From the IMG/VR virus record IMGVR_UViG_3300005528_000049: a DNA stretch of 64,000 nucleotides, one strand, 5' to 3'. How positions within the stretch are numbered: position 1 is the first letter of the stretch; each line of letters begins with the position of its first letter. Shown piece by piece: positions 1-9,793 of this stretch. Under the pieces are notes generated by a model. The model saw only the letters and a list, made by a program, of their open reading frames with translations, ran no database searches and was not told the DNA's origin. Both the position numbers and the translations under genes were made by a program. The stretch comes from a virus. Its lineage: Duplodnaviria; Heunggongvirae; Uroviricota; Caudoviricetes.

Positions 1-65
1 TTTGGAGTTTAAAGAAATATACTTATCTTTAATACCCTATTTAAATAAATATATTTTAGAGTTAT

Positions 66-422
66 TTGAATTTACTTTATTTAGTTGGGAATAATATTTT
101 TGCTTATAAATTATATTCAAGAAAAAGCTTAATAAATACACAACCTCTATTTTATTTAAAGAGTGATAACCCTCTACATAAATATAGAAGAAGTATATTT
201 ATAAATGATTTATCCTTTATAAAAGATGTAAGTGTATGTGGAAGAACAATTGATGTTAACTTTAATCTATATACTTCTGTTAATTATGATGTAGTTCATT
301 CAACATATATTAAATTAATAAAGTATTTAAATGATTATATTAATAACGTTAAATTATATACTTATAAAGAGACTGAAGAGCTTGTAGCTGATTTAGAGCT
401 AATAATATTTAGTTGGGATTAA
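66..422 (+). CDS. hypothetical protein
   Basis: 118-aa ORF from the six-frame track; no recognisable motif. Confidence 0.35.
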   Translation: MNLLYLVGNNIFAYKLYSRKSLINTQPLFYLKSDNPLHKYRRSIFINDLSFIKDVSVCGRTIDVNFNLYTSVNYDVVHSTYIKLIKYLNDYINNVKLYTYKETEELVADLELIIFSWD

Positions 423-478
423 GTTTGTGTTAAGTTTGAAAACTTTAAGTATAAAAATATGACAAAAAATATGTAATT

Positions 479-823
479 ATGATTAATTATCCTAGAAATG
501 TTGTTGAGTTCAAATCTCTGAGAAAGGATTTATTAAGAGGTAATCTTAATAAACAAGATGTAAAGACTGCTGAAACTTATATAACCCACTGGCAGGTTGT
601 TGTTGGTAGTTATAATTTGCAAGTGTTGGTAAAAATTAGTGGCAAAAGTCAAAAAGATATTTCAAATGATTTAGGTATTAAACCTAGACAACTAAATGAA
701 ATGCTTAGTGGTTTGAATGGTATTACTCCTCATAAGAGGTTATTAGCAAATTACTTTAATGTAAGTGAGGAATTGTTTAATGATTATAGACAAATTGGGA
801 AAACCAGTACAAACAAACAATAG
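479..823 (+). CDS. putative HTH (XRE-like) DNA-binding protein
   Basis: segment ISGKSQKDISNDLGIKPRQLNEMLSG resembles a helix-turn-helix of the Cro/cI type. Confidence 0.4.
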   Translation: MINYPRNVVEFKSLRKDLLRGNLNKQDVKTAETYITHWQVVVGSYNLQVLVKISGKSQKDISNDLGIKPRQLNEMLSGLNGITPHKRLLANYFNVSEELFNDYRQIGKTSTNKQ

Positions 824-1032
824 AATAGCAATTGCTGAGCTAAAACTAAATGATCAATTAGTTAAATCAGCTCATTTAGTTTTTGCTACAGTTATAAAAG
901 TATTTATTGATTATTTAATCATTAGATATGATAATAATATGATAGATGATAATTTTATTTCTGAGGAGTTTATTATTATATCAACTCCAGAAGAAAAGAT
1001 TACTTATATAGGTTCTAGTTTAGAAATGCCTC

Positions 1033-1299
1033 TTGGATATTCAAATGTCAGATAAAATTCCTCTTATACATTTAGATGAAGATAAAAATAAACTCAGTAT
1101 TTATGTCTCAGAAGAAAACATAAATACTGAGTCCAATTGGAGAAATACCGTCTCTCATCATATGTTAGACTTCTTAAAATCTAATTCAACTGGAATCTGC
1201 CAAGTCAAAATTAAAATTGATGATTATAAACCTTTTTTAGTTGATTTGTTGGATTATTTTGATTTTGCCTTTCCAAAAAGAATCTATATTAGATATTAA
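1033..1299 (+). CDS. hypothetical protein
   Basis: 88-aa ORF; weak support. An upstream overlapping ORF 765..1055 is also possible. Confidence 0.3.
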   Translation: MDIQMSDKIPLIHLDEDKNKLSIYVSEENINTESNWRNTVSHHMLDFLKSNSTGICQVKIKIDDYKPFLVDLLDYFDFAFPKRIYIRY

Positions 1300-2021
1300 A
1301 TATAAGTTATTTCTATTGTAAAGTTTAGATTTAAAGAGCTTGATGTTGATAAGACTTCAAGAACTAACTGCTCTCCAACTACCGTTGAAAAGGAACTAAT
1401 GATGTTAGTTGATCTAGTAGTTGACACGTTGAATGTTGTACTATTAGCTAAAGTTGCTCCTAAAGCATCTTGTTTAACTAATCTAACAGTTGCTGAACCA
1501 CTAGTATTATTTAAATATAACTTAGTAATATTATATGCTTTAGTTATATAGTTTTCTAATACATATACTTTTACAGTTGGTATTTCAATAGATCCAATTA
1601 TAGAATCTAAAGAGCTATTAACACTAGAAGATATATTAATACTAGTGGTGTTATCAGTTACTACTATTCCAGAACTACCTGTTATTGTCTTTAAGGCGAC
1701 ATTAGGATTAGCAAAGGAATTAAGTAAAGAAACACCAGAACCTACATTAGTAATATTCAAATTATTATTAATAGTTATAGTATCTGAATTAACTGTAAAT
1801 GTAGTTGCTGTTCCAGGAAGTAGGGTTTTTAATCTTAACTCTGCTCCTGTTATGCTGCCTATAGTAGAGCCACCTCCTAAGTTAGCTACTGTAATACCAA
1901 TGGGTAGTTGATCTACTGTTGCTTTTTCTGTAACTCCTGAGACTGTATTAACTACTGCTAATAAACTGGCATTAGTTACAGAAGATGCAGGAGGTAATTG
2001 AGATATTTTCTTTGAAGCCAT
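1296..2021 (-). CDS. tail fibre-like structural protein
   Basis: N-terminus MASKKISQLPPA... resembles the conserved N-terminal anchor of phage tail-fibre proteins; Ser/Thr/Asn/Gly-rich beta-type composition. Confidence 0.5.
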   Translation of the reverse strand: MASKKISQLPPASSVTNASLLAVVNTVSGVTEKATVDQLPIGITVANLGGGSTIGSITGAELRLKTLLPGTATTFTVNSDTITINNNLNITNVGSGVSLLNSFANPNVALKTITGSSGIVVTDNTTSINISSSVNSSLDSIIGSIEIPTVKVYVLENYITKAYNITKLYLNNTSGSATVRLVKQDALGATLANSTTFNVSTTRSTNIISSFSTVVGEQLVLEVLSTSSSLNLNFTIEITYI

Positions 2022-2116
2022 ATATTTGTAATAATTTTATAAGTTGAAATAATAATAATATTATATATAGGATATTAAGTATGTAATTAAGATAAAAAAA
2101 TGTATTCAGGCTATTT

Positions 2117-2692
2117 ATGCAAGACAATAATAAGGGTATTAATAAGGTTTCAGATTCATATGTATGTGGTGTATTTACAAGTTGGTCATATGTTAAAGTA
2201 GTTGATAATAAGAAAATGATCACACTGCACTTTGCAATTAATAGGTTTGTGGGGGAAGATACAGTTCATTATGATTTACCATCTAATAACTTAGATAAAA
2301 ATCATAAGAAAAGAGTTGCTCTATACTTAGAGTTAGAACTTGAAGATATGCCCTCAGATATGGATAACTTAAGTAACTTTAAATTTGTGGATAAAAGATT
2401 TAATAATATAACTCATAAAAAAAGTGAATATGTATTAGCCATATCTTATACAACCAAACCAGTTGCAGTTACCTCTAGAACTAAAGAAGGAAAGCCTAAT
2501 ATTGAATGTTATTATTTTTCTATGGGGGCAGATAGTATTATTAGTATTAGTGAAGAAGGTAATTATCTATGGACGGAAGATAATCAAAATACTAGAAAAA
2601 TTGATATAGATAAAGCAGTTGACATTATTAGTAATAATATTGTTAAAGTGCCTGATCATATTAGTAATAGAAGCACTGCATTTTTAATATAA
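2117..2692 (+). CDS. hypothetical protein
   Basis: 191-aa ORF, no motif. Confidence 0.45.
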   Translation: MQDNNKGINKVSDSYVCGVFTSWSYVKVVDNKKMITLHFAINRFVGEDTVHYDLPSNNLDKNHKKRVALYLELELEDMPSDMDNLSNFKFVDKRFNNITHKKSEYVLAISYTTKPVAVTSRTKEGKPNIECYYFSMGADSIISISEEGNYLWTEDNQNTRKIDIDKAVDIISNNIVKVPDHISNRSTAFLI

Positions 2693-2705
2693 CATAACTG
2701 CTTTA

Positions 2706-3251
2706 ATGAATGTATTTCAGAATAATTGTTTGAGGTTAGTAGGTGGAGAATATCCAATTAAACTATATAAACCAATAAAACAAACTATAAAATCTCATTA
2801 TGATATTAATGAGCCTATAACATTATATGGAAAAAATGGAAGTAGGTTAGATTTGGAAAAGTCAGTTCAAGAATTTTATCTATTCAATTCTTTATGTCTG
2901 TCTTATAAGAATATAAATAAAACAACCCTTTATACAAAAGAAGAAGTGTCTTTACTATTTTTAGAAATAGTAGGCAGACTTACAAAATATTTAAAGTTTT
3001 ATTATACTCTTATAAACTATAACTTACCTGATAAAGTATTGATAAAAGATATTATTTTATCTGAGCTTTTAATTATGTTTGATATATCTTTAGATGATTT
3101 AATTAAGGATGATCTTATATATTATGAGACAGGTTCCTGGAAGTTAAAAGGGCAAAAATCTCTTTTAATATTTTTTAAATATATAAATTACTTAGATCTA
3201 CTTATAGTAGATGCTAAACAACAAATTCAAGATAGTTTTTCAATAATATAA
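2706..3251 (+). CDS. hypothetical protein
   Basis: 181-aa ORF, no motif. Confidence 0.45.
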   Translation: MNVFQNNCLRLVGGEYPIKLYKPIKQTIKSHYDINEPITLYGKNGSRLDLEKSVQEFYLFNSLCLSYKNINKTTLYTKEEVSLLFLEIVGRLTKYLKFYYTLINYNLPDKVLIKDIILSELLIMFDISLDDLIKDDLIYYETGSWKLKGQKSLLIFFKYINYLDLLIVDAKQQIQDSFSII

Positions 3252-3252
3252 T

Positions 3253-4533
3253 ATGGCATCAAATAATCTGTTAAATTTTAATGGTGGTTCTATTACCTTG
3301 GGACAAGTTCCTAAAGCTATAGAGTTTATGGAAGTAACTAAAAGAAGTTTGTTACTTCAGTCTGCTCCTGGTTATGGTAAGTCTGCAATGGTTTATCAAT
3401 ATGGAGAACAAAAAGGTTACAAAGTCTTTGCATTTACAGGTGGATTGATTACAAGATCAAATATTTATGGAGTTGATTTTATTGACTCTGATAGAAATAG
3501 ATGCACCCATTATCCAGCAGAATGGTTCTCAGAAGCAATGGATTCTAAGAATAAATCAATCCTGTTTTTAGACGACTTTGGTAATGCTTCACCACAGGAG
3601 ATGATGGTTCTCCAACAAATCCTGGGGGATAGAAAACTAGGTAACTATGATCTTCCAGTAGAAAAATTTCTTATTATTGGTGCAACTAATAGACAGAATG
3701 ACAGAGCTAATGTTTATAATATTAGCTCTGCTATTCTTAATAGATGTTGTGTTTTAAATGTTAGATTAGATGCTAATGAATTTCTAATACATGCTAAACA
3801 AAAGTTTCATCCATCTGTTTATGCCTTTCTTGAAGCTAGAAAGTATGCAATTACTAATGATGAAGAATATATACAAGAAAACCAATTACCTAAAGATTTA
3901 TTAGGTTTTTATTCAGCTAATAGTTCTTCTAATTCTATTAGACCCTCTCCTAGAACTTGGGAGGGTGTTAGTCATATGCTGTATAGACAACAAAGTAATG
4001 TCTTAAGTGATGATTATATTGGTGTTTTTAGTAGTGCTGTAAGTGGTTTAGTAGGTAAAGAAATTACACCTATGTTTATGAAATCACTGAAGGGAACTTT
4101 GAATATTCCATCAACTGAGACTTTAATACAAAATTGTAATGATAGTTTTGACTATGCAACTATTATTAGTTCTGATAATGAAGCTATTAGTACTGTCTTA
4201 TCTACTCTCTATCAGGAGATTGGAAAAGAAGTTATTAAATATCAAGAAGCTTTAAGTAAAGGTCAAGTTGAAAAGGTTGCAGCGCCTAATAGTCAAAGAT
4301 CTATGTATGTATATGAACCTCTAAATAACTTAGCAAAAGTTATAAATAAACTTGGAAACACCAAATTTAAATCAATAAATGCTAATGTTTTAGTTGCTGA
4401 TACGTGGGATTTAATTATTAGTAATAAGAGTGATATAGCTAAGTATACATGCTTAGTTGACACCATTTTTCATCTACCTTTCTTAAAAGAAAGAATGAAG
4501 TTAAAGAGTAGTATAATTAATAGCCTATCATAA
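3253..4533 (+). CDS. AAA+ ATPase, MoxR-like
   Basis: Walker A LLQSAPGYGKSA; Walker B-like ILFLDDFGNAS; arginine finger region; length and motif order typical of MoxR/CbbQ-type AAA+ ATPases. Confidence 0.75.
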   Translation: MASNNLLNFNGGSITLGQVPKAIEFMEVTKRSLLLQSAPGYGKSAMVYQYGEQKGYKVFAFTGGLITRSNIYGVDFIDSDRNRCTHYPAEWFSEAMDSKNKSILFLDDFGNASPQEMMVLQQILGDRKLGNYDLPVEKFLIIGATNRQNDRANVYNISSAILNRCCVLNVRLDANEFLIHAKQKFHPSVYAFLEARKYAITNDEEYIQENQLPKDLLGFYSANSSSNSIRPSPRTWEGVSHMLYRQQSNVLSDDYIGVFSSAVSGLVGKEITPMFMKSLKGTLNIPSTETLIQNCNDSFDYATIISSDNEAISTVLSTLYQEIGKEVIKYQEALSKGQVEKVAAPNSQRSMYVYEPLNNLAKVINKLGNTKFKSINANVLVADTWDLIISNKSDIAKYTCLVDTIFHLPFLKERMKLKSSIINSLS

Positions 4534-5945
4534 TGACACCCCTATCTTTTAACTTAAGAAGTGTAGATAATATATGTTTTTTGATCAATAACTATGAACC
4601 CTTTTTTTGCTACTTACTAAGTGGCATAAAAATTGAGTTTGGAAATTATGAAGACTTTGAATATATGGCTTGCACTTCTTCTTCTATCTCCATACAAGAG
4701 AAATTTATTGAAGAGGTGCAAAAAGATAAAAGTAAGTTAGATGAGTTTATTTTTATCTTTTTGCATGAGATATATCATATATATCTTCATCATAATTGGA
4801 GATATGGTTTTAATAATGATGCTCTATATTCTAAGTATAGAAATAGGCCTAATTTACCAAAATTAGTAAACTATGTTTTAGATGCAATTATTAATACTAA
4901 TCTAATAAATGCTGGTTATTCTTTTGGCAGCTTAGAACCAACAGTATTAAACAATTTATTACCCCCAGATCATCCAAAATTAAATATTAATAGTTGGACT
5001 GAAGATGAATTATTACTTGAGGTATTGTCAAAATCTACTTCAAATAATAATGATTCTGGTGGGGCTGGTGCTGGCGGAGAACTAAGTGATAACTGTATTA
5101 AACTTCCTAGTGGTAAAACAATTGATCTTGATAATATTGATTGTGATTTAATACTGTCAAAAGATACTTCAGAAGCATTAGAAGCTGTTGAAGCTATACA
5201 AGAGATTGCTAAGAAAGCTGCAAATAATCTAAGAAGTAGAGGTAAAAATCCAGGAAGTTTATCCTCTGGTATAATTCCCCCTGAGTTTGAAGAAACTAAA
5301 TCTTCAAATATATCTTGGGAAGATAGATTAAAACAGATTGCAATATCATCAGTTAATGATAGAGTTATAACTAATTACGACAGTCTTATACAAGATAACT
5401 TTTATGCTTATGATTTAGGCTTAAGTTCTTTTACTAGATGTCCTATTGAATATTCATATAAGCCTCTACCAAAACCAAATACTGTAGTTGTATATATAGA
5501 TCTATCTGGTTCTATTTTCTCTTGCACTGAGACTTTATCTAAGTTCTTATTTCAAATAACAGAGATATCAAAGTATGTAGGTAATTTATTACTTATCACA
5601 TTTGATGTGGGTATGACTGGTTGTCATTTGTTTGATATAAATGAGTTAGATAAACCTCTTGGTGATCTTCTAATAGAAGAAAAGAGTAAGTATTTAATTG
5701 GCGGCGGTGGTACTGATGTAATACCTCTATTTGAAGAGTTTTTTAATAGCTATTCTAACTATGATATAGAAATTAATGTAGATAATATATCTATGTTGAT
5801 TGTTCTAACTGATCTGTGGTTAGAGGCTGTTGATAAAAGATTAGAACCTGTCAATAGTAAGGGTTTTATTCCAACTCTATGGGTTGTACCAGAAGATCAT
5901 TGTTCAAGTACTGTTAATTTTGGAGAAATTTTGTTAGTAAAATGA
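4533..5945 (+). CDS. vWA-domain protein with N-terminal HExxH metallopeptidase-like motif (MoxR partner)
   Basis: HEIYHIYLHH (HExxH) near N-terminus; MIDAS-like VVVYIDLSGSIFS (DxSxS) in C-terminal half; start overlaps stop of the upstream AAA+ gene (translational coupling). Confidence 0.7.
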   Translation: MTPLSFNLRSVDNICFLINNYEPFFCYLLSGIKIEFGNYEDFEYMACTSSSISIQEKFIEEVQKDKSKLDEFIFIFLHEIYHIYLHHNWRYGFNNDALYSKYRNRPNLPKLVNYVLDAIINTNLINAGYSFGSLEPTVLNNLLPPDHPKLNINSWTEDELLLEVLSKSTSNNNDSGGAGAGGELSDNCIKLPSGKTIDLDNIDCDLILSKDTSEALEAVEAIQEIAKKAANNLRSRGKNPGSLSSGIIPPEFEETKSSNISWEDRLKQIAISSVNDRVITNYDSLIQDNFYAYDLGLSSFTRCPIEYSYKPLPKPNTVVVYIDLSGSIFSCTETLSKFLFQITEISKYVGNLLLITFDVGMTGCHLFDINELDKPLGDLLIEEKSKYLIGGGGTDVIPLFEEFFNSYSNYDIEINVDNISMLIVLTDLWLEAVDKRLEPVNSKGFIPTLWVVPEDHCSSTVNFGEILLVK

Positions 5946-6115
5946 ATAAAAAATATTTGATTCTTTTGTCATTTGTTGGATGTTTATTTATTGGATCTTT
6001 AGGTAGTTGTGCAATAAGTACCACTCCTGTTCCTACTTCTACTCCTACTGTATTTGAGCCTCCTTTAGATAATCCAGCACCAGCTCCACAAAAATTAATT
6101 AAGAAGCCTATATAG
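5942..6115 (+). CDS. small putative lipoprotein (57 aa)
   Basis: Not in the ORF track (under 60 aa). Translation by hand gives MNKKYLILLSFVGCLFIGSLGSC..., a signal peptide with a lipobox-like LGSC followed by a Pro/Thr-rich tail; ATG overlaps the upstream TGA. Confidence 0.4.
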   Translation: MNKKYLILLSFVGCLFIGSLGSCAISTTPVPTSTPTVFEPPLDNPAPAPQKLIKKPI

Positions 6116-6131
6116 AGATTTTATAGCACAT

Positions 6132-6198
6132 TTATTAAGGCCATATGATATATAATTGTATTTACAAAATATATAAATATATCATATGGCCTTAATAA
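6132..6198. promoter_or_regulatory. perfect 22-bp inverted repeat spanning the start codon of the tail-fibre gene
   Basis: ttattaaggccatatgatatat (6132-6153) and its exact reverse complement atatatcatatggccttaataa (6177-6198); the right arm contains the ATG of ORF 6186. Confidence 0.6.
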
Positions 6199-7088
6199 AA
6201 ATCTCAACTAAAGGTACAAACTTAACCTGTGATGAGTTAGATAATAACTTTGACTTTGTACTTGACTTAGCAAATGCAGTTGGTGAATTAAACTGTGCAA
6301 AGATTAATCAACTATCTTTATCAACTTGCTTGTTACTTAATCAAGTAATAATTGATTTACAAGCAGACATTGATAATGTTGAGACAGCTATTGGAGAAGT
6401 GGCTCAAGATTTAATTGATGTTCAAACTACATTACAAGGAAATATAAATTCTTTAACTACTTTAATTAATAATCAAAATACTACTATAGCTGATTTAAAC
6501 ACTCAAATTGCAACTTTGATAGGAGGTTTCAATAGTTTAAGCGGTACAGTTGCTTCTTTTAATAGCAGATTATTATCTGTTGAAGGAAGACTAACTACTT
6601 TAGAAGAAGCTATTGCTAGTGGTATTATTGTTGTTTGGGTAGGTCTTATTGCAAATATTCCTGTTGGTTGGCAACTTACAGATGGTACAAATGGTACACC
6701 TGATTTAAGAAATAGATTTATCATTGGTGCAGGTTCTACTTATGCTGTTAATGCTATTGGTGGTTCTGGTAATCATACTCATACTATTACTGGAACAACT
6801 GGTGGTACAGCTTTAACTATTAATCAAATGCCTGCTCATACTCATCCATTAAATGATCCAGGACATTATCACTTTCAAAATGCAGGAGATAATAATAGAC
6901 CAGGCCCTTATTATGAAAATAGTAATAATGGAAATGAAGGTCCCATTAATACAAATAGTGCATTTACTAATATTACTATTGGTTCAACAGGTGCTAATGA
7001 AGCACATACTCATACATATAGTGCAACTACTGCAACTACTACTAATTTACCTCCTTATTATGCTCTTGCTTATATTATGAAAGTATAG
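6186..7088 (+). CDS. tail fibre protein with C-terminal phage tail-collar domain
   Basis: C-terminal region with HTHT..GxxGG...NQMPAHTHP...NLPPYYALAYIMKV, typical of the phage tail collar / MdpB-like domain; N-terminal coiled-coil-like segment. Confidence 0.7.
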   Translation: MALIKISTKGTNLTCDELDNNFDFVLDLANAVGELNCAKINQLSLSTCLLLNQVIIDLQADIDNVETAIGEVAQDLIDVQTTLQGNINSLTTLINNQNTTIADLNTQIATLIGGFNSLSGTVASFNSRLLSVEGRLTTLEEAIASGIIVVWVGLIANIPVGWQLTDGTNGTPDLRNRFIIGAGSTYAVNAIGGSGNHTHTITGTTGGTALTINQMPAHTHPLNDPGHYHFQNAGDNNRPGPYYENSNNGNEGPINTNSAFTNITIGSTGANEAHTHTYSATTATTTNLPPYYALAYIMKV

Positions 7089-7113
7089 TTATTTATAATT
7101 ACAAAATAAACAT

Positions 7114-7157
7114 TAAAAAACAACTTAGCTATTAATTAATAGCTAAGTTGTTTTTTA
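7114..7157. terminator. bidirectional rho-independent terminator
   Basis: aaaaaacaacttagctattaattaatagctaagttgtttttt: perfect hairpin flanked by an A-run and a T-run, between convergent genes 6186..7088(+) and 7155..7709(-). Confidence 0.7.
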
Positions 7158-7709
7158 ATGTTTATTTTGTAGTTTATTGGGTTTATTATTTATATCTGTG
7201 TTTATATTAGATGTAAATGACTCTGTAGCTGAACTAATTGTATTGTTTATAATATCTTTTGCAATATTACTTTGTATATTATTAGCAGGAATAATTGTAT
7301 TTAAAGTATCAGTTGTAATATTATTAATTGATTTGTTTATATCTGTATTTATATTATTATTATTAACAGCTTCTTTAACTGTTTCTAATACAACTTTTCT
7401 TACTTCATTTACTGTTGGAGATAACAACTCATTTATATTATCTAATGCTTTATCTTTATTTCTACCAGGAATAAACTTAGGAGTGTATACATCTTTATCA
7501 AATACTTTTAAAGATGCCCCAACTATAGTTACAATCAAAGCATTAAATAGTTTACCTATATCCTTTTTAGTCATATTTCCATCAATCCAACTATCTATTG
7601 CTGGATTTAATGTTGTCATATAAAACACAGCCATTACAGCTAAAAAGTGTTTTGTACAGAATAAGTTTTGTGGTTTTTGCTCATTAATCATAATTTTATT
7701 TAAGCCCAA
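7155..7709 (-). CDS. hypothetical protein (possible membrane/structural)
   Basis: 184-aa ORF, first of a four-gene minus-strand run, ends at the terminator; chosen over the overlapping plus ORF 7177..7623. Confidence 0.5.
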   Translation of the reverse strand: MGLNKIMINEQKPQNLFCTKHFLAVMAVFYMTTLNPAIDSWIDGNMTKKDIGKLFNALIVTIVGASLKVFDKDVYTPKFIPGRNKDKALDNINELLSPTVNEVRKVVLETVKEAVNNNNINTDINKSINNITTDTLNTIIPANNIQSNIAKDIINNTISSATESFTSNINTDINNKPNKLQNKH

Positions 7710-8215
7710 ATAAATCCTGTGCTTGTTCTATTTACATATAATTTTGTATTTGGAATAGGTGTTGGAAGAGTGTAAAGAGTAAGTATATTATTAACATATC
7801 CTCTAGTTATAGCAGTGCTGTCTTTATCTAAAATAGTTTTAAGGATTGGTCTAGTTAGAGGAGAATCAGCTAAAGCTTTATCATTAAGTATATTAATAAA
7901 AGATGCTTTAGTAGTTGTTAAACTACTAATGTAATCATTACTTTCTAAGGTTATATCAGATAATACATCTATAAATGTATACTTGTTTTTTAATCTTGTG
8001 TCTTCTGACTGTAGTTTTGCAACAGTATTATTATCTGTTGTTATAGGTTCAGCTATTGTATTTTTCATAGCGTTTAAAGCTAATATTTCAGTAGTAATCA
8101 TATTATTAAAAGGGTTTAGTAATGAATCCAGATAATCATCCAAATTATTTATAGTTGATGTATCTTGATCACCTACTAAACTTTGTCTTTCAAATATATT
8201 ATTTAAGCTTTCCAT
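7700..8215 (-). CDS. hypothetical structural protein
   Basis: 171 aa; 4-nt overlap with neighbours (operon-like). Confidence 0.5.
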   Translation of the reverse strand: MESLNNIFERQSLVGDQDTSTINNLDDYLDSLLNPFNNMITTEILALNAMKNTIAEPITTDNNTVAKLQSEDTRLKNKYTFIDVLSDITLESNDYISSLTTTKASFINILNDKALADSPLTRPILKTILDKDSTAITRGYVNNILTLYTLPTPIPNTKLYVNRTSTGFIWA

Positions 8216-8754
8216 ATAAGGTTTCCTCCTTCATCTGTTGCTAAATACTTTAATGGCTGATATGGCTTTGGAGGCTGTTCTAGCTTTAATAATTCTTTGG
8301 TTAAGAATTCTCTATTTATAGCTCCTTTAACAGAGGTTGGTTTAATAACTTCTAAGGTTGTAAACTCTCCTTCAACTATACTAACCTTGTTATTATCATA
8401 AAGATCTTGTTTATGTAATAGATTGTTAGTTGTTATAAAATCTTTGTAGGATAAAATTATTGTTAGCTGTTTTAATACTTTATTGAAATCTTCTAATAAA
8501 GTATTAGCTTCTTCTTGATTAGATAATATAGTTGTATATTTAACATCTGTTAAGAGTTGCTCTTTTAGTAGTGTATTAGTTGAATTAAGTGAGTTATATA
8601 AATCAAGCTTTTCTTGAATAAGTCTTTTCTTATCTCTTATTTGTTGAATCTTTGCCTGTATCTGTTGTAAGTAGTTAGTGTTTATAAACTGTTCTAACTC
8701 ATTTATAGACTTTATGTTTTCATTGCCAATTCTTAGACTTCTTATTGTTGCCAC
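8203..8754 (-). CDS. hypothetical protein (coiled-coil rich)
   Basis: 183 aa; heptad-like Q/L/K/E-rich sequence. Confidence 0.5.
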   Translation of the reverse strand: MATIRSLRIGNENIKSINELEQFINTNYLQQIQAKIQQIRDKKRLIQEKLDLYNSLNSTNTLLKEQLLTDVKYTTILSNQEEANTLLEDFNKVLKQLTIILSYKDFITTNNLLHKQDLYDNNKVSIVEGEFTTLEVIKPTSVKGAINREFLTKELLKLEQPPKPYQPLKYLATDEGGNLIWKA

Positions 8755-9302
8755 TGTATTTCTCCACTACTATTACATATAAGGGCTGCATTACTTGGTT
8801 TTATTTTAGGAATTAAAGATATAGAATTAAAATAGTTGCTTAACCATTGTTTATTAACTATTGAGTTAATTCCAGTTCCTACTTCATTTATAATAAGCTG
8901 ACTAGTATAAACTGCTACATTAGATTGGGTATCTAATAGTATTGAACCTAATATCTTATTACACTCTTCTACTAAAGTATTTATTTCATTAATTAAGTCA
9001 ATATAATCTTGTTTATCTGGAATAGTATATGTATAAGTAGGTAATAAATCTAGTAGAAGTATCTGCTGTTTTATATTATTATAATTAGTTTGAGCTTCAG
9101 ATATTAAACTGTCTAATTCTTCTAAAGTATTATTATAATTAGTCTCTAACATATTTAAAGAGTTCATTATGTTGTTATATGTTTTATTGTTTAATAATGC
9201 TTCATCAATATTAAACACATTTATTGGATGTTTACCATAGTTAGTTGATCTATACTGAGAAGTACTATTAATGAGTAAATTTTGAGCTTTAGTGTATGTC
9301 AT
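8742..9302 (-). CDS. hypothetical structural protein
   Basis: 186 aa; overlapping stop/start with downstream gene. Confidence 0.5.
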   Translation of the reverse strand: MTYTKAQNLLINSTSQYRSTNYGKHPINVFNIDEALLNNKTYNNIMNSLNMLETNYNNTLEELDSLISEAQTNYNNIKQQILLLDLLPTYTYTIPDKQDYIDLINEINTLVEECNKILGSILLDTQSNVAVYTSQLIINEVGTGINSIVNKQWLSNYFNSISLIPKIKPSNAALICNSSGEIQWQQ

Positions 9303-9337
9303 TATTTATACTATTATTGTTTTATTACTTATAAATT

Positions 9338-9793
9338 ATGACTAAATTACTAACAAAAACTGAGCTATTAAATTTACCAACACTATATATAATTAAGGAT
9401 TTGGCTCCAATAATAACTAAATTCTTTAATCCTTTTTTAGGTCATTTAAATTTAAAAGATCCTGTTTTAACTTTATCAAGTATGGAAGTTAAAGTAGTGA
9501 TGTCTAATAACTCTTTAACTGTAAGTATGCCTTATTCTAATACTTATGATTACTATAAAGTGTGGAATTGGGCAATATTATATTACAATAATTTACCTAA
9601 TTTATTATTGGTAAATGATGAAGCTATTCAAGGGCCTCTTGTATATTTATTGGGAGATGTAGATATAACAAAAACCATCTTATATCTTCTGTCTCAAGAG
9701 ATGGAAGTAGTACAAGATGGCTTTGCTTATAATAGTTTTGATGGTTATTTAAACTATCAAAATGATCCTAGTGATCTACTAGTCTTAAACTAG
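9338..9793 (+). CDS. hypothetical protein
   Basis: 151-aa ORF. Confidence 0.45.
   Translation: MTKLLTKTELLNLPTLYIIKDLAPIITKFFNPFLGHLNLKDPVLTLSSMEVKVVMSNNSLTVSMPYSNTYDYYKVWNWAILYYNNLPNLLLVNDEAIQGPLVYLLGDVDITKTILYLLSQEMEVVQDGFAYNSFDGYLNYQNDPSDLLVLN

Noticed and set aside
1645-1911. Plus-strand ORF inside the minus-strand tail-fibre-like gene
   Set aside because: Entirely antisense to a longer ORF with a recognisable tail-fibre N-terminus; typical shadow ORF in AT-rich DNA.
7177-7623. 148-aa plus-strand ORF overlapping ORF 7155..7709 (-)
   Set aside because: The minus-strand ORF fits the operon of four minus-strand genes and ends at the bidirectional terminator; the plus ORF is a hydrophobic low-complexity shadow.
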